64,000 bases of DNA from an uncultured Bacilli bacterium (lineage in GTDB: Bacteria; Bacillota_I; Bacilli_A; RFN20; CAG-288). The notes beneath the pieces were generated by a model that saw only the letters and a list, made by a program, of their open reading frames with translations, did no database searches and was not told where the DNA came from. The stretch spans positions 4,382-68,381 of the forward strand of contig CALVXU010000024.1 of assembly GCA_944371605.1 (NCBI GenBank). The letters are read 5' to 3'. A program made the position numbers and the translations under genes. This document shows, in pieces, positions 20,071 to 29,633 of the stretch (its first letter is position 1; every line of letters begins with the position of its first letter).

Positions 20071-20339
20071 ATGTTCTCCTTGTCTTATCATAACATAGAT
20101 GAAATGTTTTTTCTTATTTTATCATAAATAAACAATAGAATAGAATATTTACTAAATAGTTGATCATATATAATTTGCATTTAATAAGCTTTGATTTTAT
20201 AGATGGATTTTTTAGCTGAATAAATAAAACAAGCAGAAGAAAATTTATTAAAAACTCACAGTGTGAGATAAATATGTTGAAAATTGGATTTTTTGTCTAT
20301 AATATATATGTATGTCTATGAAAGGAGACATTATTCAAA

Positions 20340-21095
20340 ATGGAAACTTTTACTCCTAAAGATGTCCAAGTCACTGAAAATGAAGTTAAACCGATAACTA
20401 ATTCCAACGTTTTCCCGATGATAAAAGTGTTTTTATGGATGGGATTAGGCTTATTGATCACTGGTATCGTTTCATTAGGATTACCCAATCTTTTAGCACT
20501 TATTCCTGCTGAGGCTAGCAATACAACTTATATCGTATTGATGGTGATCTCAGCTATCATCATGTTCCCATGTGTTTTGATTGTCAATTTCAAAAGTTTG
20601 AAACCTAAATCAATAGGGATCAGAATCGCCTATATCCTTTATTCTATTGCTATAGGCGTTATGCTTTCTTCAACCTTCATGACCATTTTAGCTGTCGATG
20701 GGCCTAATGCTATCATGACTATCTCGATGTCGTTTTTAATCTCTGCTGGCTCATTTTTATTGATGGGTCTTATCGGTGCATTGACAAAAAAGAATCTCAG
20801 CATTATTTATCCTTTATTATCGGCGCTATTAATGGGCTGTTTAATCATTTCGCTCGTAAATGTCTTCATCGGCAGTTCAATCGTTTATTGGATAACTGAC
20901 TTTGTGATTTTAGGAGTCATCTTGGTTGTTTCAGCTGTTGATATCAATCGTGTGAAGAAGTTAGCTCAAGCTAAAGCATTAGATGATAATCAAAATTCTT
21001 TAGCCGTTTATTGTGCGTTTAATCTTTATGTCGACTTTATCAATATCTTCATCAGAGTCTTGATGTACGTATTCCTGTTTGCTCGTAGAGACTAA
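20340..21095 (+). CDS. Bax inhibitor-1/YccA family membrane protein
   Basis: About 7 TM segments; KVFLWMGLGLLITG start and AFNLYVDFINIFIRVL C-terminal signature. Confidence 0.9.
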   Translation: METFTPKDVQVTENEVKPITNSNVFPMIKVFLWMGLGLLITGIVSLGLPNLLALIPAEASNTTYIVLMVISAIIMFPCVLIVNFKSLKPKSIGIRIAYILYSIAIGVMLSSTFMTILAVDGPNAIMTISMSFLISAGSFLLMGLIGALTKKNLSIIYPLLSALLMGCLIISLVNVFIGSSIVYWITDFVILGVILVVSAVDINRVKKLAQAKALDDNQNSLAVYCAFNLYVDFINIFIRVLMYVFLFARRD

Positions 21096-21118
21096 TAATT
21101 AAATCGATATTGTTTTTT

Positions 21119-21154
21119 AAGCCTAATGGTGTAAATAAACCGTTAGGCTTTTTT
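21119..21154 (+). terminator. Intrinsic terminator
   Basis: AAGCCTAATGG / CCGTTAGGCTT stem followed by T run. Confidence 0.8.
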
Positions 21155-21208
21155 AAAACATATGTGATGACCAACTAATATTTTTTGTAATAGAATATAA
21201 GACAAGCT

Positions 21209-21715
21209 ATGAATAAAACATTTAAAAAAGAGCCATTTTATTCAAAATTTGTAACTGAAGAGAATCTAGCAAATATCAATTGTGTTAAAACTCGTCGTAA
21301 ATATTTCAATTACACATTTGCTATTTCTGTTTTTGCGATGTTACCATCTCTTTTTGCAACTTTTATCGGATTTAATTTCACTCATCTTTTTCCATTGATT
21401 ATATTTGTCGAGATGATCATATCTGAAGCGATTGCGATATTTTTATTGATAAAATTATATTTATTGGACTCTCATTATCATGTGTTTAAAAAAGCGCTCT
21501 ATTTTTGGTTATTGTATCTAGGCTTTTTTGTGATAGGAATCTGCGCCTGTATATGTGCTGGATTTAATACCAATTTTATCGGAAATGATGACGGCTCGGT
21601 TAAAGTGGTTTTTAATCCAGCATATTTTTTCTTTATATTTTTTCCGATATATTGCGCATATATTATCTATTGTTATTACGCCTTTATGAAATGCTTTGTC
21701 AAATATATGCGTTGA
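21209..21715 (+). CDS. Hypothetical 4-TM membrane protein
   Basis: 168-aa ORF with four hydrophobic stretches; TAGAAT 12 nt upstream, no SD. Confidence 0.7.
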   Translation: MNKTFKKEPFYSKFVTEENLANINCVKTRRKYFNYTFAISVFAMLPSLFATFIGFNFTHLFPLIIFVEMIISEAIAIFLLIKLYLLDSHYHVFKKALYFWLLYLGFFVIGICACICAGFNTNFIGNDDGSVKVVFNPAYFFFIFFPIYCAYIIYCYYAFMKCFVKYMR

Positions 21716-21821
21716 GTTATAAGTCATATTTATATGTTTTAAATAATTTCTTAAGATTTTTAAATAATTTGTAAAAATAATCGATTCAACCTCATAAATC
21801 GTTTAATTGTTTAAAAAAAGT

Positions 21822-21849
21822 TTGACTTTTAAATGTTATCAATTATAAT
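21822..21849 (+). promoter_or_regulatory. Sigma-A promoter of the str operon
   Basis: TTGACT-16 nt-TATAAT upstream of rpsL. Confidence 0.75.
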
Positions 21850-21957
21850 TTTCTTTGTCTATGCACGGGTTTAGCCCGTTCTTTTTATAGAAAGAACAGA
21901 AAACGCCCGGAGCTGTGGACGAAAAAATTAATAATATTTGCATTCGGGAGGAAAGAA

Positions 21958-22383
21958 ATGCCTACTATTAATCAGTTAGTGCGTCATGAAAGACGCCAAC
22001 CCGTCTACAAGTCTAAATCACCTGCTTTAGGCAAGAGATGGGATTCGTTAAACAAGAGAGAAAGATATATTCCTTCTCCACAAAAGAAAGGTGTCTGTAC
22101 TCGTGTCGGTACTATGACTCCTAAAAAACCTAACTCTGCTGCTCGTAAATACGCCAGAGTCAGATTATCCAATGGTTATGAAGTCACTGCTTATATCGGC
22201 GGTGAAGGTCACAACTTACAGGAACACAAAGTCGTCTTGATCAGAGGCGGACATGTTCGTGATTTACCTGGTGTCAGATATCACATCGTCCGTGGTGCCT
22301 TAGAATGTTTCGGCGTTGAAAACCGTAAACAAGGCCGTTCCTTATATGGAACCAAGAAAGACGGCAGCGTCCAGAAGAAGTAG
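21958..22383 (+). CDS. rpsL: 30S ribosomal protein S12
   Basis: [41 protein letters not shown]; Bacilli-type insertion. Confidence 0.99.
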   Translation: MPTINQLVRHERRQPVYKSKSPALGKRWDSLNKRERYIPSPQKKGVCTRVGTMTPKKPNSAARKYARVRLSNGYEVTAYIGGEGHNLQEHKVVLIRGGHVRDLPGVRYHIVRGALECFGVENRKQGRSLYGTKKDGSVQKK

Positions 22384-22406
22384 TTTGAAGAAGGAGTAAC
22401 TATATT

Positions 22407-22880
22407 ATGCCTAGAAAGAATGGTTCTGTTCAAAGAAGAGATGTCCTCCCTGATCCTATCTATAATTCCAAATTAGTAACAAGACTTATCAACCGTATCA
22501 TGTTAGATGGTAAAAAGGGTACTGCTCAAACTATCCTCTATGGTGCTTTTGATAAAGTCGCTGCTAAAACTGGAAAACCAGCTCTTGAAGTTTTCGAAAT
22601 CGCTTTAGGCAACATCATGCCTGAAGTTGAATTGAAGGCTAGAAGAGTCGGTGCTAGTAACTATCAAGTCCCGATTGAAGTCGCTCCTGAAAGAAAAGTG
22701 ACTTTAGGCCTTAGATGGTTAGTCACTTATGCTCGTTTACGTAATGAAAAGAATATGACTGATAAGCTCGCTGGCGAAATCATCGATGCTGCTAATGGCA
22801 CAGGTGGTGCTGTCAAACGTCGTGATGATATGCATAAGACCGCTGAAGCCAACAAAGCTTACGCTCATTATCGTTGGTAA
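22407..22880 (+). CDS. rpsG: 30S ribosomal protein S7
   Basis: [37 protein letters not shown]. Confidence 0.99.
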   Translation: MPRKNGSVQRRDVLPDPIYNSKLVTRLINRIMLDGKKGTAQTILYGAFDKVAAKTGKPALEVFEIALGNIMPEVELKARRVGASNYQVPIEVAPERKVTLGLRWLVTYARLRNEKNMTDKLAGEIIDAANGTGGAVKRRDDMHKTAEANKAYAHYRW

Positions 22881-22906
22881 TTTGTTTTTAAAAGGAGAAA
22901 TCACTT

Positions 22907-25036
22907 ATGGCAATGGATAACGACCAGGCGATGGTTGCGACCTATGAGGCCGTACCTCTTGATCATGTTAGAAACATCGGCATCATGGCTCATATCGATG
23001 CTGGTAAAACTACTACCTCCGAACGTATTCTCTTTTATACTGGAAAAACCCATAAGATAGGTGAAGTTCATGATGGCGGTGCTTCCATGGACTTCGATCC
23101 TCAGGAACAAAAAAGAGGTATCACTATCTATTCTGCAGCTACTACTTGTTTGTGGAAAGATTATCGTATCAATTTGATCGATACTCCTGGACACGTCGAC
23201 TTCACCGCTGAGGTTGAAAGATCGTTGCGTGTTCTTGATGGTGCTGTCTGTGTTCTTGATGGTAAAAATGGTGTTGAACCTCAAACCGAAACTGTTTGGA
23301 GACAAGCTGATAAATACAACATCCCTAGAATTGTTTTTGTCAACAAATTAGATGCGACTGGTGCTGACTTTGAAATGTCAGTCGAATCTATCAAAACTAA
23401 ACTTGGTGGCAATGGTGTTGCTATCGCCTATCCTGTCGGTTTAGAAAATCGTTTATTAGGTTTGATCGACTTGATTGAAATGAAGGCATGGTTATGGGAT
23501 TTAGATCCTAAAAAGTCTTCTCTCATGGCGCCTAATATCGTTGATTTAGATCAGATTCCAGCTGGTTATGAACATGATATCGAACAAGCCAAGCTCTATA
23601 GAAGTCATATGTTAGAGCAATTAGCTAATTTCGATGATGATATCATGGCTTGCTTATTAGAAGAGACTGAACCTAGCCCTGAGGCTATTAAGAATGCAAT
23701 TAGAAAATGCGTCTTAGCTGGTTCTATCTATCCTTGTATTCCTGGCTCTGCTTATAAGAATAAGAGCGTTCAATATCTCTTGGATTCCGTCACAGAATAT
23801 TTACCTTCACCATTAGATGTCAAACCTTCTGTCGGTAAAGATCCTCAAGGAAATGATGTTGTCTGTTCTCCTGATCCGAAGGGACCATTTGTCGCTTTAG
23901 CTTTCAAAATCACCACCAATCAATTCGGCAATATGTGCTTCTTCCGTGTCTATTCTGGTACTATCAAATCTGGCTCTTATGTCTATAACGTCAGAAAAGG
24001 TGCTAAAGAACGTGTCTCTCGTTTGATTCTAGTCAATGCTTCTTCATCTGAGACTATCAGTGAAGCTAAAGCTGGTGAAATCGCCGCTGCTATCGGCTTC
24101 TCTTCGACTAGAACCGGTGATACTTTAGTCGGTGAAAATGATCCACATACCACTCTTGAATCCATCAAATTCGCAGATCCTGTCATTTCTGAGGCTATTG
24201 AACCAGTCTCTAAAAATGATCAAGATAAGATGGCTACAGCTCTTATTAAATTCACTGAAGAAGATCCTACTTTCCACTATTATACTGATAAGGAAACTGG
24301 ACAAGGCATCATCGCTGGTGTCGGTGAACTTCAACTCGACGTCAACGTCACTCGTTTGAGAAATGATTATAAGATCGCTTGTAAGGTTGGTGCTCCACAA
24401 GTCGCCTATAGAGAAACCATCAAAACCACCGCTGAATGCGAAGGTAAATACATCAAGCAATCTGGTGGTCATGGTCAATATGGTCATGTCGTCTTCCGTA
24501 TGGAACCCAATCCTGGTAAGGGTATTGAATTAGTCGATGCTATCACCGGTGGTGCTATTCCTAAAGAATTCATCAAGCCTTCTTTAGATGGTTTGAAAGA
24601 CGCTATGGAAAGAGGTATGATCGCTGGTTATCCAGTCATCGATGTCAAGGCTACTTTATTCTATGGTTCTTACCACGATGTCGACTCTTCTGAAGCCGCT
24701 TATAGATTAGCTTCTCAACAGGCTTTAAAGGTTGCTGCTGAAAAATGTCAACCCGTCATCCTTGAACCGATTGTCAGAGCTGATATCACCACTCCGCTCG
24801 ACTATGTCGGAACTGTTATGGGAGATATTTCTTCTAGAAGAGGCTCGGTTGAAGGTATGATTCAAAAAGCTAATGCTCAAGTCATCACGGCTAAGATTCC
24901 ATTAGCTAACATGTTCGGTTATATCTCAGATTTGAGATCTATGACTCAAGGTAGGGGTATCTACAACATGGAATTCGATCACTATCAAGAAGTCCCTCGT
25001 TCTGTTCAAGAAGAGATTGTAAAGAAGAGAGGTTAA
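22907..25036 (+). CDS. fusA: Elongation factor G
   Basis: [43 protein letters not shown]; str operon position. Confidence 0.99.
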   Translation: MAMDNDQAMVATYEAVPLDHVRNIGIMAHIDAGKTTTSERILFYTGKTHKIGEVHDGGASMDFDPQEQKRGITIYSAATTCLWKDYRINLIDTPGHVDFTAEVERSLRVLDGAVCVLDGKNGVEPQTETVWRQADKYNIPRIVFVNKLDATGADFEMSVESIKTKLGGNGVAIAYPVGLENRLLGLIDLIEMKAWLWDLDPKKSSLMAPNIVDLDQIPAGYEHDIEQAKLYRSHMLEQLANFDDDIMACLLEETEPSPEAIKNAIRKCVLAGSIYPCIPGSAYKNKSVQYLLDSVTEYLPSPLDVKPSVGKDPQGNDVVCSPDPKGPFVALAFKITTNQFGNMCFFRVYSGTIKSGSYVYNVRKGAKERVSRLILVNASSSETISEAKAGEIAAAIGFSSTRTGDTLVGENDPHTTLESIKFADPVISEAIEPVSKNDQDKMATALIKFTEEDPTFHYYTDKETGQGIIAGVGELQLDVNVTRLRNDYKIACKVGAPQVAYRETIKTTAECEGKYIKQSGGHGQYGHVVFRMEPNPGKGIELVDAITGGAIPKEFIKPSLDGLKDAMERGMIAGYPVIDVKATLFYGSYHDVDSSEAAYRLASQQALKVAAEKCQPVILEPIVRADITTPLDYVGTVMGDISSRRGSVEGMIQKANAQVITAKIPLANMFGYISDLRSMTQGRGIYNMEFDHYQEVPRSVQEEIVKKRG

Positions 25037-25047
25037 TACCTCCCTTC

Positions 25048-25076
25048 TTGCAAATTACACTTAAAAAGTGTATAGT
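25048..25076 (+). promoter_or_regulatory. Internal tuf promoter
   Basis: TTGCAA-17 nt-TATAGT in the fusA-tuf gap. Confidence 0.7.
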
Positions 25077-25111
25077 CATTAAGAATCTATTTTGGAGGAA
25101 AAATAAAAATT

Positions 25112-26296
25112 ATGGCTAAACAAAAATTCGACCGTTCCAAGCCGAATGTTAACATCGGCACTATCGGTCACGTTGACCACGGAAAAACTACTCTTACTGC
25201 TGCTATTACTCAAACCTTATCAAAACAAGGCTTAGCTCAAGCTATGCGTTATGATCAGGTTGATGCTGCTCCCGAAGAAAAAGCTCGTGGTGTCACCATC
25301 AATGCTGCTCATATCGAATACGAAACTGCTTCTAGACATTATTGCCACGTCGACTGCCCTGGACACGCTGACTACATCAAGAACATGATCACTGGCGCTG
25401 CTCAAATGGATGGCGCTATCTTAGTCGTCGCTGCTACTGATGGTGTTATGCCTCAAACTAGAGAGCACGTCTTATTAGCTCGTCAGGTCGGTGTTCCTTA
25501 CATCGTCGTCTTCTTAAATAAATGTGATGCTGTTGATGATCCTGAACTCATCGACTTAGTCGAAATGGATGTCCGTGATTTGTTATCCAAATACGGTTAT
25601 CCGGGTGATGAAGTCCCTGTTATCAGAGGTTCTGCTTTAAAGGCTTTAAACGGCGATGTTGAAGCTCAAAAATCTATCCTTGAGCTCATGAATGCTGTTG
25701 ATAGCTATATCCCAACTCCTGCTAGAGAAAATGACAAACCATTCTTGATGGCTGTCGAAGATGTTATGACCATCACTGGTCGTGGCACCGTTGCTACTGG
25801 TAGAGTTGAAAGAGGCATCATCCGTCCTAACGATGAAGTCGAAATCGTCGGTATCAAAGATACCCGTAAATGTGTCTGCACTTCCTTAGAAATGTTCCGT
25901 AAGACTCTTGACTACGCTGAGGCTGGTGATAACGTCGGTGCCTTATTAAGAGGTGTTGATCGTGATCAAATCGTTCGTGGCCAAGTCTTATGCAAACCTG
26001 GTTCAGTCACTCCTCATAAGAAATTTAAGGCTCAAGTCTATGTCTTAAAGAAAGAAGAAGGTGGCCGTCATACCGCTTTCACTAACAACTATAGACCTCA
26101 GTTCTATTTCAGAACTACTGATGTCACTGGCACCATCACTCTTCCTGAAGGCACTCAAATGGTCATGCCTGGCGATAACGTTGAAATCACTGTTGAATTG
26201 ATTCACCCTATCGCTATCGAAGCTAACACCAAGTTCTCCATCCGTGAAGGTGGTCACACTGTTGGTGCTGGTACCGTTTCTGCTTTACTTGACTAA
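25112..26296 (+). CDS. tuf: Elongation factor Tu
   Basis: [42 protein letters not shown]. Confidence 0.99.
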   Translation: MAKQKFDRSKPNVNIGTIGHVDHGKTTLTAAITQTLSKQGLAQAMRYDQVDAAPEEKARGVTINAAHIEYETASRHYCHVDCPGHADYIKNMITGAAQMDGAILVVAATDGVMPQTREHVLLARQVGVPYIVVFLNKCDAVDDPELIDLVEMDVRDLLSKYGYPGDEVPVIRGSALKALNGDVEAQKSILELMNAVDSYIPTPARENDKPFLMAVEDVMTITGRGTVATGRVERGIIRPNDEVEIVGIKDTRKCVCTSLEMFRKTLDYAEAGDNVGALLRGVDRDQIVRGQVLCKPGSVTPHKKFKAQVYVLKKEEGGRHTAFTNNYRPQFYFRTTDVTGTITLPEGTQMVMPGDNVEITVELIHPIAIEANTKFSIREGGHTVGAGTVSALLD

Positions 26297-26316
26297 TATT
26301 TAAAAAGTTGATTAAT

Positions 26317-26347
26317 AAAAGGCGTCCAATAATCGGGCGCCTTTTTT
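26317..26347 (+). terminator. Intrinsic terminator after tuf
   Basis: AAAA-GGCGTCC / GGGCGCC-TTTTTT. Confidence 0.88.
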
Positions 26348-26396
26348 GCTTTGATTAGGAAATTGTATTTTTAGCAAAATAATTTTATGAAAGAGA

Positions 26397-26872
26397 TTGA
26401 AAATCATTGTAAAAAATCAAAACAAACTATATTCAAGTCCTTTTGTTTTCATGATTTTTGATGAAGCAGCTTTTTTAATCTTCTTCATTTGGCTTATATG
26501 TTGTTTGTTTGACTCACAAGCAATGGAAGGATACATGACATCTGTAATCGTTTGTTCCATTGCTTTGGGTTTTAATTTGATTTCGATTATTTATTTGTTT
26601 TTTGCCCATGCTATTTAAAGGCATGTCATGATGACATCGAAATTAAACTCTTTAGAAAGAAGTATTATCTAAAGAAGAATCAGATCTTTTCAATCGGGCA
26701 TTATACTTGCAGTTTTATTCAAACGATTCTGTATTGGTTTATTGAAAATGGCCCGTTAAATACATATATAAAATATCGTGATGAAAATGGTAACACTAAA
26801 AAAGTATTCTTTACATGTTCAACAAAAACAATAAAAAATATTTTTCCTAATGCAATAATCAATAAAAAATAG
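26397..26872 (+). pseudogene. Frameshifted 2-TM membrane protein (~158 aa if repaired)
   Basis: Stops at 26618; adding one T to the T6 run at 26598-26603 continues it as CPCYLKACHDDIEIKLFRKKYYL...NAIINKK to TAG 26870-26872. Confidence 0.6.
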
Positions 26873-26915
26873 ACCGCCTAACCCTACTATCATCAATAGG
26901 ATCAAGCGGTCTTTT
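26871..26915. terminator. Probable bidirectional terminator between convergent genes
   Basis: AGACCGC / GCGGTCT outer stem with inner CCTA/TAGG, A run before and T run after. Confidence 0.6.
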
Positions 26916-26959
26916 CTTGGACCATATTTTTAATGTTTTTTAGTTCAGATTAATTGTTT

Positions 26960-29632
26960 TTATATATCGTATTTAGTCAGTATCTTATGAGGTGTTTTTA
27001 GAAGCAATATCGCTAAAGGAATCAATATAGCGATGAAGACTAAGAGATATCCAGTTAATGCACCTAAGACGATTGCACTAGCTGGAGCTATTTCAGACGT
27101 TATCATAAAAATTAAAGCGATCATTAATAAATAAGGGATGAGAAATTGTGTCGTCAATGTGACAAAAGTATTGATCACATAATGCATTACTATTTGACTT
27201 CTTCGCATGCCCAATGAGCGATAGATGCCGATCATTTTTAAGTCGGTAGTCATCTTAGATCTGAATAATAGCGCATATAGGAGTAATTCAATACCGACAA
27301 TAATTGATATCATTATATAAATAGGAGTGTAGCTATCTATTTTAAATTGAGACAGAATGCTAGTATTACTGGCTTTTATTTGAGTATTGTCACGGTAATA
27401 AGAGAGAGATTTAGAAAGATTATCAGTCATGAAAATATAGTAGGTTGTCGATACTCCTAATAGAGTGCGATAAGTGACGGTTTTAACACTAGATCCGATA
27501 TATAAATCTACTGGATAATGCTCATCTTCATAGATTAAAACAGCATCGCTATCAGTAAAGGTGCCGATGACATGATAGTCATTTAAAACGAATGATTGAT
27601 CTGGCTGATAATCATCAACTAGGTACTTTACATTTGGTAAAAAAGCTTGATTGATATAGATTTTTGGATGGTTGAAAACGTTGCTGATCGTATTGAAGTC
27701 TTTTACCGACACAGAATCTTTTTTTCGATTAGAGATAGTAGGTGCATTGTCAAACAAATAGTCAAAGAATAGACCTATATATGTGGTGTCTTCTTCTGGA
27801 ATATAGACGCGGTATTCTTCTTCAGAAGTGACATTATTGTATAATTCTTGCAAAAATGCGGTATTTTTCTCGCTATCTAAATCGTTGTTGATGTCCAATG
27901 AAGTCTTATAAGTTAAGAAATAATTTAAGACTCCTTGTGATATCTTGATATTTGTGACACTTGAATCTTCGATGATTTGTAAATTTGATAGTAAATTAAC
28001 TAAATTTTGCTTTTCCGTTATTTTGCTTTTTGTTTGTGTGTTGTTTATAGAGTCATTGAAATAAGCGAACCAAAAAGTATCTAAATAATTATTCAAGCCA
28101 CCGACGATGAGAAGATTTCTTGAATAGTCGATGATGTCTTTGATCAAATAGTTTTTTAAATCTCCATATTCATCATAAAAGGCGATGGTCGTTCCTATCA
28201 ATGACTCTGCATTTGGATGAGTAGAATCGACTAGATTTAAAGCGAAATCTAAACTGATGACTACTTCATCGTCTTTGATATCTTGCATATGCTGGTAGTT
28301 GATGAAAGAGAGATTTAAATCTTCACTGCCGAAGAGCTCACATACATTGTTATTTAAATATACTGGTGTAAATGTTAAATTTGTGACACCATTTATATTG
28401 TTATCAGGATTAAATATGATTTCTTTTAACTCTCTCTCAGAAAAATTGGATCCTTCTTTGTAAAGTACAACATTGGTAGTGGGATCATATTGAGAAGAAA
28501 AGCTTCGCTTAGAGCTTTGATTAAGAATACCGATCACTGTTGAGCTAATCGCTAAGGAAATCGCAATAAAAATAGATAAAATCAGCGTTAATCGCCGTTG
28601 TCTTTTTGTGATATTATTTTTGAAGAATCCAGTGGTGAAGAAGACGTGCTTTCTATTCTCTTTAAAATCAGAAGTATCATAAGTATCCACTTGAGAAAGC
28701 GATCGCTTTCTTTTTATCTCATTTTGTTTTGATTTGATCTTATTAAGATCAGAAGTTAAATCGACTTTAGTAACCTGAAAGTTATCAGGTATGTATATAT
28801 AATTTTTACCATCTTTGACAAAGATTTTAATCTCTGTAGAGGTAGTATCAGTCTCATCGCTCAGCAATGACACATTGATATTTTTAACTGATGATGAATA
28901 ATTTTTGATAGATGTTTCTTCAAATTCTTCTTCTAGATGAGTGAGTTTTGCTTGATTGTTTACTTCTTTAAGATCTAATTTACCATCTTGAATGTGATAG
29001 ATGATATCGGCATAATTATTGGCGAGACTTTCATTGTGGGTAACACAAATGATCAGTATTTTTTGAGAAAGCTTTTTAAGAATGTCCATAATAGCAGAAC
29101 TATTTTCACTATCTAAGTTTCCAGTCGGTTCATCAGCCAGTAATATTTTCGGCATGATTGAGATGGCTCTAGCTATTGCTACTCTTTGTTTTTGACCTAG
29201 TGATAAAGAAGAAGCCATTCTTCTTTTATATAGGATTAGGCCAACCGCTTTTAAAGCTGCATCAATACGTTTTTTTTGTTCCTCTTTATCGGTTATACCG
29301 GCGATGATGAGACCTCGTTTAATATTTTCAATGATGGATACATCTTCATCGATGTAAAAATCTTGGAAGACATAACCGATATTAGCCGCGCGATATTTAT
29401 CAAATACAAATGGTTTGTAACCAGAGACGGTCGTGGAATCATCATAACTTATTTGACCTTTGTAATCATCTAAACCACCTATGATATTTAAAAGTGTTGA
29501 TTTACCTGATCCAGACTTTCCTAATAAAACGATTAGACCGCTTTCGGGCAATTCCAATGATAGAGAGCTGACAGCATGAATTGTTTGAGCTCCATTTTTG
29601 AATTGTTTATCGATATTTGCTAGTCTAATCAT
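26960..29632 (-). CDS. MacB/FtsX-like ABC ATPase-permease fusion
   Basis: GKSGSGKST, variant signature LSLGQ, LADEPTGNLDS, VTHN; 1 TM, large external loop, 3 C-terminal TMs with IGIYRSLG FtsX motif. Confidence 0.9.
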   Translation of the reverse strand: MIRLANIDKQFKNGAQTIHAVSSLSLELPESGLIVLLGKSGSGKSTLLNIIGGLDDYKGQISYDDSTTVSGYKPFVFDKYRAANIGYVFQDFYIDEDVSIIENIKRGLIIAGITDKEEQKKRIDAALKAVGLILYKRRMASSLSLGQKQRVAIARAISIMPKILLADEPTGNLDSENSSAIMDILKKLSQKILIICVTHNESLANNYADIIYHIQDGKLDLKEVNNQAKLTHLEEEFEETSIKNYSSSVKNINVSLLSDETDTTSTEIKIFVKDGKNYIYIPDNFQVTKVDLTSDLNKIKSKQNEIKRKRSLSQVDTYDTSDFKENRKHVFFTTGFFKNNITKRQRRLTLILSIFIAISLAISSTVIGILNQSSKRSFSSQYDPTTNVVLYKEGSNFSERELKEIIFNPDNNINGVTNLTFTPVYLNNNVCELFGSEDLNLSFINYQHMQDIKDDEVVISLDFALNLVDSTHPNAESLIGTTIAFYDEYGDLKNYLIKDIIDYSRNLLIVGGLNNYLDTFWFAYFNDSINNTQTKSKITEKQNLVNLLSNLQIIEDSSVTNIKISQGVLNYFLTYKTSLDINNDLDSEKNTAFLQELYNNVTSEEEYRVYIPEEDTTYIGLFFDYLFDNAPTISNRKKDSVSVKDFNTISNVFNHPKIYINQAFLPNVKYLVDDYQPDQSFVLNDYHVIGTFTDSDAVLIYEDEHYPVDLYIGSSVKTVTYRTLLGVSTTYYIFMTDNLSKSLSYYRDNTQIKASNTSILSQFKIDSYTPIYIMISIIVGIELLLYALLFRSKMTTDLKMIGIYRSLGMRRSQIVMHYVINTFVTLTTQFLIPYLLMIALIFMITSEIAPASAIVLGALTGYLLVFIAILIPLAILLLKTPHKILTKYDI

Positions 29633-29633
29633 C

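Noticed and set aside
25022-25049. Hairpin over the fusA stop as a terminator
   Set aside because: No U-tract follows and it overlaps the -35 of the tuf promoter; more likely a stability or processing stem
22901-26257. Minus-strand and alternate-frame ORFs inside fusA and tuf, and similar short ORFs nested in other long genes
   Set aside because: Shadows of conserved, codon-biased genes with no independent motifs
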